From an uncultured archaeon (GTDB lineage Archaea; Asgardarchaeota; Lokiarchaeia; Sigyniarchaeales; SOKP01), in NCBI GenBank assembly GCA_964388035.1, contig CAYLZE010000127.1, forward strand, positions 2,530 through 13,694: 11,165 nt of DNA, read 5' to 3'. The position numbers and the translations under genes are program-made. This document shows, in pieces, positions 1-8,134 of the stretch (its first letter is position 1; every line of letters starts with the position of its first letter). Below the pieces are notes generated by a model. That model was not told the DNA's origin. It did not search any database and was given only the letters and a program-made list of their open reading frames with translations.

Positions 1-16
1 TTTCTTTCTCCGACAA
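1..16 (-). CDS. Possible 5' end of a gene running off the left edge (TTG-start MSEKE...)
   Basis: TTG TCG GAG AAA GAA at 16..2 on the minus strand, with a TTTAAATA box ~50 nt upstream (67-74), the same spacing as other genes in the window. Only 5 codons are visible. Confidence 0.3.
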
Positions 17-132
17 AATTCTGTCAAAATATTCAAAGAATTATTCTCTAACTAAATAAAATAATGTATTTAAAACTATTTTAATTAAAAAAAAGATTTG
101 ATCCTTAGTTAAAATGATAGAAAAGTTTTTTT

Positions 133-1413
133 TTAATTTGCATTGAGATTTTCAATAACTGTAGCTACACCTTGTCCTCCTCCACAACAAGCATTAGCAC
201 AGCCAAACCTTCCATTTTTATCTCTTAAAATGCGAGCAAGAGTGCCGGGAAGCCTGATCATTGTTGAACCTAATGGATGTCCGATAGCAGTCGAGCCTCC
301 CATAACATTCACCTTTTCCTCGGGGATATTAAATTTTTCCATACAATTCATCGTGACTATACAAAAAGCTTCATTTATCTCCCAAAAATCGATATCGTTT
401 GGCTTGAGTTTCGCATATTCCAACGCTTTTTGAGTCGCCGGAACTGGTCCTCTTCCCATGACGGAAGGATCTACTCCAGCCCATCCAATTGAAACAATTC
501 TCGCCATTGGGTCCAATCCCCTCTTTTCAGCCTCTTTAGCTTCCATTAACACTGCAGCTGTTGCTCCAGCATTCAAGGGAGAGGAGTTTCCAGCGGTTAT
601 TACTCCTTCACTAGTACCTTCCCTTTCCATGTAACCCCTTTTTCCCCCATTTTTTTTTAAATAAAAAGGTCTGGATAATCGGGGTAATTTGGAATGTGAT
701 TCTAAATTAGATTTTCTAGCATTCATATCTTTATCCACAAGCATCTTTTCCTTAATATTACCTTCCACGTGCCCCTCGATGGAAATTATTTCTTCATTAA
801 ACCAACCATTTTCTTGATTCTTTACGGTTAAATTATGACTTCTTACTCCAAATTTATCCATGTCTTCTTTGGTGAATTTGGGTATTTCTTCTTCATACAT
901 TTTCTGTGCCGTTTGGAGCATATTTAAAGCTGTGATTATATCCAAGTTCTGGCGATAAAATTTGCTTTTATTATTGGTCATTGCTAAATTTGGCATCATT
1001 CCTTCATTTCTAACGCGTGTCATGTGTTCAAATCCCGTGGAAAGGACACATTTGCTATTACCCGTCATAATTTCCATTATTCCAACATGCATTCCCGAGC
1101 CTGCAGAACCACATTGACGATCGATGGAAAAAGCAGCCACATCAGTAGGTAATCCTGCTAAAAATAAAGGAATACGGCCCCCAAGCGTCCAATTTTCTAA
1201 TACACCATTTGCGCACCCCACCGAAACTTCTTCAATATCCTTCTTTTCAATCCCTTTATTTTCTAATTTATTCTCAAAAAATTTTATCAAGAGCTCTGCT
1301 AATAATTCATCCCCCCTAATTTCTCCAAAAACATCCCTTTCAGGTTCTTTTGGCCTTGATCGTGAGAATGCAGTACGGGCATAATCAATGAGCCACACTT
1401 CTTTTAAATTCAA
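133..1413 (-). CDS. Acetyl-CoA C-acyltransferase (thiolase, FadA/AtoB family)
   Basis: 426 aa. Motifs: N-terminal IDYARTAF, nucleophile Cys in IDRQCGS, TAGNSSPLNAGA, GVDPSVMGRGPVPA, EINEAF, GHPLG and C-terminal CCGGGQG. TTG start. Confidence 0.95.
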   Translation of the reverse strand: MNLKEVWLIDYARTAFSRSRPKEPERDVFGEIRGDELLAELLIKFFENKLENKGIEKKDIEEVSVGCANGVLENWTLGGRIPLFLAGLPTDVAAFSIDRQCGSAGSGMHVGIMEIMTGNSKCVLSTGFEHMTRVRNEGMMPNLAMTNNKSKFYRQNLDIITALNMLQTAQKMYEEEIPKFTKEDMDKFGVRSHNLTVKNQENGWFNEEIISIEGHVEGNIKEKMLVDKDMNARKSNLESHSKLPRLSRPFYLKKNGGKRGYMEREGTSEGVITAGNSSPLNAGATAAVLMEAKEAEKRGLDPMARIVSIGWAGVDPSVMGRGPVPATQKALEYAKLKPNDIDFWEINEAFCIVTMNCMEKFNIPEEKVNVMGGSTAIGHPLGSTMIRLPGTLARILRDKNGRFGCANACCGGGQGVATVIENLNAN

Positions 1414-1767
1414 ACAATTTTACCTTTTTCTTCTTTTATTTTGGTTCAGAACATATAATAAATTCAATTACTTGCCACATATTTTAGATGAGAAAAAAGT
1501 ATTAACCTCATCCCATACTTAATAAAAAATTAGTGGCAATAATATAAAATGTAAAAAATAATATAAACTTTTATAACTAGAATATCATAAAATATTGTAT
1601 ATTAATAGTTATAAAAAATGATAGAAATAATTGGTTTTAGAAAAAAAACTAACGAATAGTGCAGAAATAGCTTAAGATTAATTAATTTACAAGTGCTCCC
1701 TAATAATCAGCAATGATGTTAAGAAATAATTTAATTAAAAAAGAATAGAGATTAAGAAAATTAATTT

Positions 1768-4359
1768 TTATATTTCCATGTGTTCGGTTCGAGAGATAAT
1801 TTCATCTTGCATTTCCTTCCCTAAATCAACAAAATAAGCACTATATCCCCCAACTTTCACTATAACGTTCCTATATTTTTCACGATCAAGTTGTGCTGCC
1901 TTTAATACTTCTGTAGAAACCACGGTAGGTTGAATTTGTTCTCCACCTAATTGAAAATAAGTCTTAATTAATGAAATCCACTTTTTTTTTGCTTCTTCAG
2001 TTTTACCAATTCCAGAAGGATGCATTCGAATATTAACAGCACATCCACAGACATGTTCATAGTCAAGCGCGGCGACAGATCGTAAAACACCCGTTGGTCC
2101 GTTCTTTTCGACATTATAGGGATTACAACTCGCAGCAAAGGGTTTTCCTGCCAATCTACCATCAGGGGTTGCCAAGGAAATTCGTCCATCATATGCATGT
2201 ACCGTCATGCTAATAATAAATGGTACATAAACCCCACCTCTATAAGTTTTATACTTATAGGTTTCTTCAAATAGATGGGTGGTAACTTCTCGGGCAAGCT
2301 CGTCACATTCTGGATTTCCATTCCCCCATTTACCCTCTAAGTCTGTAATTAAATGATGAATCCATTCATACCCACCCGTGAAGTTTTTATCCATGGCATC
2401 AACGAGCTCTTTTAAAGAGAACTTTTTTTGCTCAAAAACTAACTTTTTAATCACATAAAGTGAATCAACTAAATTGGCAACACTGCTTAAATACAAGATT
2501 CCTTCTGCATCATATTTGGCTCCACCATTAGTAACATCCTTTTTATTCTCTAAACACCCTTGTATAAACGTAGATAAATAAGGAGAAGGCAAATAGTCAG
2601 CATATATTTTATCTCGAATCGTGGTAGCATCCACTATTTGGCGGAGAACATTTTCAGATTGCTTATAGAACGCGTCCAAGAATTCCTCGAACGTGGTAAA
2701 TGAATCTAATTCACCCGTTTTAGGTCCGACATTTTTTATCAATCCTGTTAGTGTATTGGCATCACCATTTCGAAGCGTCGTGTCTAGGGTATGACATAAC
2801 ATTTGGGCAGAAAAACTTATCCCACCTGTTTTTCCAGGAGGTGACATATCCACGCATCCCGTAATACTATATACTTGAGCGTCTTTTTTGGAAACACCCC
2901 GATTCGTTAAAGCTTTAATGGAAATAGTATCATTTAACAGGGAAAGACTTGAGACACCTTTATAATTAAGATCAGCTATCTTTAAGTACAAATCTTCTGG
3001 GGTTTTATCATGAAATCTCACTGCAAAATTAAGGCAAGCCCTTGAACGTTCAACAGCATCCAGAAAAACATAGGTTAATTCATTCGTGGCATCTTCACCT
3101 TCATCAGTAAGACCTCCCAATGTAATTGGTTCTGATCCTTCATATCTCTGACTAAATTCTGATATAGCATCTGAATAAGGCCTGATGTTATGACTCATTA
3201 CTTTTAATATCAACTCTTCCAAGAGTTCACAAGCTTCATCTCGAGATATTCTCCCCTCATCAATATCATGCTTATAATAGGGATACAGGATTTGATCAAG
3301 ACGTCCCGGTCCGTGAACGTTAAATGGAAGTGCTAAATCAACAGTGGTTTTGATAATCCAATATAATTGCACGGCCTCCCTAAAAGTTTTCGCTGGTTTT
3401 GATTTAACATTCTCACATATATCATGCATTTGCGCTAATATTGCCTTCTGCTTGGGATCATCACACTTCATTACTTCTTCTTGAAGTACTGCAGCAAGTC
3501 TATTAGCAAATATCATGATGCCTTCAAGCGCAATGTTAAGGGAATTAAGAAATTCCACTTCTTTTGTTGCTAAATTATTGTTTTTCTGTAATTCCTCTTG
3601 AATCTCTTTTTGCATGACTAAAAAGCCTTTTTTAAGGGCGGTTTCGTGATCAAGGATAATATGCCCTTGCCATCCACCAATAGCTGCATTGGGGGATATA
3701 ATTGGTTGATCCTGGGATTTCTTAATAGGCACCTTATTAATAAACTCATAAAATTCACCTTTATAGACATTTTTTTCTAATAGAGTTTTATCAATTAAAT
3801 CTGCAATAGTTTTTCCCTTCCAGTATGGGAGCAACTCGTTTAAAAGAACTTCCTTATCTTTTCCATTCATTTGAAAGGAATTTACCGTTCTTTCCTCTAA
3901 AGATTGAGTGCCCAATGTTGGTATGGCCGTACCCAACTTCTTAGTATCTTCAATGAATTTTATGAGATCTATTCCTCTATCGCTCATGTATTTTATAAAG
4001 GATTTGTTAAATTCTTTCTCAAACTTTTTCATTGATTTCTTATCGATTTCATACTCGAGTATTCTATTCCACATACCACGTTCTATATCAATAGGGATCC
4101 CCAAGAAGCTTTCTGTCCAATTGCCAGCAATTCGGTCATCTGGATCGATGTTGATTTGCATTTTTTCAAATACATTTTTCATGGAGAGAGCGATCCTTTC
4201 ATTAACTGATAAATTAGCGTTCTCTGTTTCTACCCAATTTTCCGTATAATAGCGTGCTCTTTCGACCGAAATTAAGGTCTTATCATCTAAAAATCTCCTG
4301 CGAATCCGCTTTATTCGTTCACTGGCAGAATCAAAAATTTCAATTCTATGATTTAACAA
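1768..4359 (-). CDS. Glycyl radical enzyme (PFL-like family), substrate unknown
   Basis: 863 aa. Motifs: SVERARYYTE, GPGRLDQILYPYY, ITLGG..GEDATNELTY, single-Cys loop GCVD (Cys502), KWGN, ATPDGRLAG, KNGPTGVLRS, glycyl loop IVKVGGYSAYF (Gly838) and C-terminal QDEIISRT. Confidence 0.93.
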   Translation of the reverse strand: MLNHRIEIFDSASERIKRIRRRFLDDKTLISVERARYYTENWVETENANLSVNERIALSMKNVFEKMQINIDPDDRIAGNWTESFLGIPIDIERGMWNRILEYEIDKKSMKKFEKEFNKSFIKYMSDRGIDLIKFIEDTKKLGTAIPTLGTQSLEERTVNSFQMNGKDKEVLLNELLPYWKGKTIADLIDKTLLEKNVYKGEFYEFINKVPIKKSQDQPIISPNAAIGGWQGHIILDHETALKKGFLVMQKEIQEELQKNNNLATKEVEFLNSLNIALEGIMIFANRLAAVLQEEVMKCDDPKQKAILAQMHDICENVKSKPAKTFREAVQLYWIIKTTVDLALPFNVHGPGRLDQILYPYYKHDIDEGRISRDEACELLEELILKVMSHNIRPYSDAISEFSQRYEGSEPITLGGLTDEGEDATNELTYVFLDAVERSRACLNFAVRFHDKTPEDLYLKIADLNYKGVSSLSLLNDTISIKALTNRGVSKKDAQVYSITGCVDMSPPGKTGGISFSAQMLCHTLDTTLRNGDANTLTGLIKNVGPKTGELDSFTTFEEFLDAFYKQSENVLRQIVDATTIRDKIYADYLPSPYLSTFIQGCLENKKDVTNGGAKYDAEGILYLSSVANLVDSLYVIKKLVFEQKKFSLKELVDAMDKNFTGGYEWIHHLITDLEGKWGNGNPECDELAREVTTHLFEETYKYKTYRGGVYVPFIISMTVHAYDGRISLATPDGRLAGKPFAASCNPYNVEKNGPTGVLRSVAALDYEHVCGCAVNIRMHPSGIGKTEEAKKKWISLIKTYFQLGGEQIQPTVVSTEVLKAAQLDREKYRNVIVKVGGYSAYFVDLGKEMQDEIISRTEHMEI

Positions 4360-4626
4360 AATAATTTTTCCCCGATTATTTTCTTAATATATATATTATT
4401 TGTATTCATTTAAAATCTTTGATAAAATCGAATTAAAATTTAACTTACATCCAACGTGTGAAAATAGTATCCTCATAAAGAAAGAATGCTTATCTAAATA
4501 CTAAGGCAGAAGAAAAAAGAAGTCAAAACAAAATTTAAAATAGTGATTTTCCGTGTTATATTATCTCATTGGGAGTTAATTAGAAAACGGGGAATTTGAA
4601 GATTTTAGGAATCTTAAATTATTAAT

Positions 4627-6078
4627 TTACTTCTTCATCAGCTTTGGAAAATTGACTCCCATCATCTTACTGATCTTAATCTGGGTCCAAGGGGTTAAGG
4701 GATGGTCCCGAAACGCTAACTGTCTTGCCCATTGTTTTCCAAAATTCCAAACATCCTTCCGTAAAGCTTGGGCAATTTCGGGCTCTTCATTAATAAGATT
4801 TATTTTTTCTTCGGGATCTTTAATCATGTCATATAATTCATCAACACCATTGTTATCACCTCTATTATCGATGAATTTCCATCTCCAAGTTCTGCAACCT
4901 GCTCTAATCTGAAAAGCTCCCATAAAAATCATGTCATGAATCGCATCCTCTGAGGAATTTTTATCCTTGATCGAAGGAAATATTGAAAGAGCTTCCATGT
5001 CTTTATGGATTCTCATGCCCGCGAGTTCTAAAAAAAATCCAGAAATATCGGGTGTGGTAAGTAATGCATCTATTTTCCTATTCTTATCGAATCCTGCGCC
5101 TTTCACTATGAAAGGAATTTTAGCCAATTCATCATGGATAGGAGTTCCATATTTTCTGATGGTACCGTGTTCCCCATAAGGCTCGCCATGATCGCTAATG
5201 ATAATGAATATTGTATTGTCTGTTAATCCTAACTCTTCTATTTTTTGAATTACCCTTCCGACTTCCGTGTCAACCTCATGATTCGTTGCATGCACGTGCG
5301 CCAATAAATTTTTCATCACTCCAGGGGGATATAAGGAAGCATCAGCCGATGGCATGGGACAATGTCCTGCCGTTTCATCCATTAAATGGCGAAATGGTTC
5401 CAAATAATATTCTGATGATAGCCACGGTTCATGGGGTTCAAAATGATCTATCCATAAAAAGAAAGGAGAATTACCTTGATTCATACCATCAAGCCATTCT
5501 AAGGCCCAATTCGTAACTAATTCCGCTCGCCTTACACCTTGTTCCTCTAATAAAGAAAGTTCGTTTAATCTCGTGTATAAAAAAAGCCCTTGCTCGATCT
5601 TGAGTAATTGTTCCCCACCAAATTGTTCCTCATCAATTTTTGGTTCCACCCAATAATAATCATTGAGATTGACCAAGCTCGTATCAGATTTAGTACTCTT
5701 TAAACTAACCTTTCCGAAGTGGGAATGTTTAAACGTCTCAAACCCTAGATGACAGTTAAAAACTTCGGTAGTCATCGGGCTATCTCCAAATAGTGCAGTT
5801 TTATATCCCTTTTTACTGAGTAATTCCGGAACATGAAGTTCATAAGGACTCATTGGCTTCCATGAGCGATTTGTATGCGTGTAGATCCCCGCCATTAAAG
5901 CAGTCCGTGTTGGAATCGTAATGGGATATTCCGCATACGCATTCTTAAAGATTAACCCATTTTCTGCTAATTTATCTATATTTGGCGTGAGGGCCACCTT
6001 ATTCCCATAACAACCCAGATGGTCCGGACGCAAAGAATCCAGCATGAAAACAATAATGCTTGGCCTTTCATTCGACAT
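4627..6078 (-). CDS. Sulfatase-like hydrolase (alkaline phosphatase superfamily) with a TxPxR active site
   Basis: Motifs: IIVFMLDSLRPDHL, TPNIDKLA..G..F.NAY, TIPTRTALMAG, PHEP, SDHGE..GEHG, ELYDM..DPEE..NL. Start set at ATG 6078 (MSNERP); the upstream GTG at 6087 lies within a GTGA Shine-Dalgarno-like sequence. Confidence 0.9.
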   Translation of the reverse strand: MSNERPSIIVFMLDSLRPDHLGCYGNKVALTPNIDKLAENGLIFKNAYAEYPITIPTRTALMAGIYTHTNRSWKPMSPYELHVPELLSKKGYKTALFGDSPMTTEVFNCHLGFETFKHSHFGKVSLKSTKSDTSLVNLNDYYWVEPKIDEEQFGGEQLLKIEQGLFLYTRLNELSLLEEQGVRRAELVTNWALEWLDGMNQGNSPFFLWIDHFEPHEPWLSSEYYLEPFRHLMDETAGHCPMPSADASLYPPGVMKNLLAHVHATNHEVDTEVGRVIQKIEELGLTDNTIFIIISDHGEPYGEHGTIRKYGTPIHDELAKIPFIVKGAGFDKNRKIDALLTTPDISGFFLELAGMRIHKDMEALSIFPSIKDKNSSEDAIHDMIFMGAFQIRAGCRTWRWKFIDNRGDNNGVDELYDMIKDPEEKINLINEEPEIAQALRKDVWNFGKQWARQLAFRDHPLTPWTQIKISKMMGVNFPKLMKK

Positions 6079-6150
6079 TGTTATCACATCTATATATAAT
6101 GAAAAACAATCATGAAGTATTTTAAAGACTAGATTTGTTTTTAATCATTA

Positions 6151-7500
6151 TTATGAAATCCGTACTTTTAATTCTTCTTGAATTTTTTCTATGGAAGGCA
6201 CCATTATTTTCCTCATTGTGAGTAATATAATGAAAGCTGGAATATCAAAAAGGATAAAAAAGAAAAAAGTAAGAGCATAATTGCCATTCAATAAATCAAT
6301 GCAAATTATAGCATAAAGTGGAACCATAATAGCTCTACCAATGGTGATCAATAAAAAATTAATTGAATTGGCAGTTCCTCTCACTTCAGGGGGATTCACT
6401 TCTGCTAAAATGGCTCCGACAGAAGGAATTGCACCTACCTCAAAAAAAGAGCCAATAATAAGAACACCAGCAAAGAGAAAAAATAATGCTAAGCCGGTAG
6501 TGGTTTGAAAATTAAAGGGGATCAAAAAAACCCATGGAACAAAAAATAAGCTAAGTCCTAATGTTTTAATCATCACTTGAAGGTGTCCGTCTTTCCTGCT
6601 CTGATAAGCTATATCACCTTTCCTGCCGAAATAGACTTGCCCGATCAATTGAATTCCAAAAAGAGCAAACATTACCTCAGTCGCTGTTAATTCATTAAAT
6701 CCATGAGTGACAATAAGAAATGTGATGAAATAAGTTCCCAATATGGCGTGTCTTATGCGCAAGAAAAATTCGAACAAAAGAATTCGCCGATTAATGGGTT
6801 TTTTGATAAAATCTTTTGCCCCTGCGAAAGTAAGAGTATATTCATAAGAGCCCCCTTTTTCGTATAATTCCCGTAACCCTTCTTCCTGAATCCCTCGATG
6901 TGGCTCTTTTATTAGCAATATAAGTCCTGCAAAAATAAAACCTAATACGGCATCAAATATATAAGGAAACCATAAAGGAAATTGGGGACCATAGATTATG
7001 CTGGGAATTATACCAGATACTAAATATCCCAATCCAATTGCAGCAGTTCCAGAAATTCCCAACCAAGCAATGATTCCCGCTCTATTACTTGGGGGAACAT
7101 AATCGACTAAAAGGGAAAATATTGCGGGACCTATCGCAGCATTCATGGTTGCCGCTAATATCCCAAATAAGGCAAAAAATATGAAATTTAGCTCTGAAAT
7201 AATCACGAACGCCATTATTACACTCACCAGAGCCCCGCTTAAAACCGTAAAAAATATAATCAAGATTCTTTTTAATTTATCTGCCATGATTCCAAATATA
7301 GGAATCAATAATGCAGGGATCAAGGTCATCAATGAAATGTACAAAGAAATTTGTATCAAAGATACCCCAAACACAATCATCATTTTAGAAATTAAAGGAG
7401 CTAAGAATCCGGCATCCGTGGTAATCACAATATTCAAGTTTATGAAATAAAGCAAATGTAAGATCGTGAATTTAGGTTTTGCTAAATTTGGATTGGCCAA
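6151..7500 (-). CDS. MFS transporter, Spinster-like
   Basis: 449 aa with ~12 hydrophobic segments. MFS motif A (FGIMADKLKR), DYVPPSNRAG, EPHRG after TM6 and EVNPPEVRGTA. Confidence 0.9.
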   Translation of the reverse strand: MANPNLAKPKFTILHLLYFINLNIVITTDAGFLAPLISKMMIVFGVSLIQISLYISLMTLIPALLIPIFGIMADKLKRILIIFFTVLSGALVSVIMAFVIISELNFIFFALFGILAATMNAAIGPAIFSLLVDYVPPSNRAGIIAWLGISGTAAIGLGYLVSGIIPSIIYGPQFPLWFPYIFDAVLGFIFAGLILLIKEPHRGIQEEGLRELYEKGGSYEYTLTFAGAKDFIKKPINRRILLFEFFLRIRHAILGTYFITFLIVTHGFNELTATEVMFALFGIQLIGQVYFGRKGDIAYQSRKDGHLQVMIKTLGLSLFFVPWVFLIPFNFQTTTGLALFFLFAGVLIIGSFFEVGAIPSVGAILAEVNPPEVRGTANSINFLLITIGRAIMVPLYAIICIDLLNGNYALTFFFFILFDIPAFIILLTMRKIMVPSIEKIQEELKVRIS

Positions 7501-7551
7501 TTAATTCACATTTTTTTTGAATGCCTTATAATTGTAATTGATCTAAAAAGC

Positions 7552-7571
7552 ATATTTAAATTTTTTTATCA
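7552..7571 (-). promoter_or_regulatory. Putative archaeal BRE/TATA promoter of the MFS gene
   Basis: TGATAAAAAAATTTAAATAT, with the TTTAAATA box ~53 nt upstream of the TTG start. Near-identical to the motif at 9062-9079. Confidence 0.55.
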
Positions 7572-7607
7572 GATCGTTTTAAAAGAAAAACATCAAGAAA
7601 ATGTCCG

Positions 7608-7677
7608 TTCTTTCCCTTGTTTTTTCGAAATAAAAATTATATCTTAAATATATTAGTAATATTCTCTTAGGATTTTT
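7608..7677 (+). repeat. Degenerate direct repeat, copy 1 (copy 2 at 10039-10107)
   Basis: Identical 16-mer TTTTTTCGAAATAAAA (7620-7635 and 10051-10066) plus collinear blocks TTCTTTC, ATCT, GTAAT, TTCTCTTA and ATTTTT. Confidence 0.6.
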
Positions 7678-7688
7678 GCTTTGATACT

Positions 7689-7712
7689 AATCAATCAAAC
7701 AATCAATCAATA
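7689..7712 (+). repeat. (AATC)n tetranucleotide tandem repeat
   Basis: AATC AATC AAAC AATC AATC AATA. Confidence 0.7.
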
Positions 7713-8134
7713 AAGAATTGTTTTCTAGAAGAGACTTTCTTGAAAAGCTATGAAAGTTTCTTCTTAACTGATGAATCATTGGTGAAGGATGGGTCGTTGA
7801 TAATGTTAGAGAAAAAAGTACCCTAAGCTCCTTCGAAAGAAAAAATCTATTCGAAAGGTTAAGGATGCGAGAAAATTAATGCTCGAGATCCACTTAGTGG
7901 CTTAACTCATTGCAAATAAATGTAGTACAAGGATAGATAAGGATAGCAATTCAATGAACGGATGTTTTTCCATTACTCAACCGGAAGAATTACTTAATCC
8001 GATTCGGATTTCGTTTGTAATTATTTTTCTCAACTGCAAGATAATTTCATTGGTATTTTATCAGTTCGATATTTTAATTTATGAACTAATAGCGATAGAT
8101 TTATAATAATGAAAAATTGATTTATTATTATCCA

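Noticed and set aside
143-1384. Plus-strand ORFs 143-433, 277-492 and 1124-1384
   Set aside because: Antisense shadows of the thiolase with no recognisable motifs.
1467-1543. SECIS element
   Set aside because: The ATGA is Watson-Crick paired rather than in a GA/GA quartet, and no neighbouring gene has an in-frame TGA.
1968-4249. ORFs 1968-2198 (-) and 3908-4249 (+)
   Set aside because: Alternative-frame or antisense ORFs inside the GRE gene.
1768-4359. Naming the GRE pflB, cutC or hypD
   Set aside because: It lacks the PFL Cys-Cys pair and the C-x-E motif of those eliminases, so no specific symbol is supportable.
4652-7450. Plus-strand ORFs 4652-4912, 4967-5179, 5211-5516 and 7145-7450
   Set aside because: Antisense shadows of the sulfatase-like and MFS genes.
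7881-7904. ARDPLSGL peptide resembling the GGDEF-domain DxLTGL motif
   Set aside because: The frame is closed by stops on both sides and has no further GGDEF similarity.
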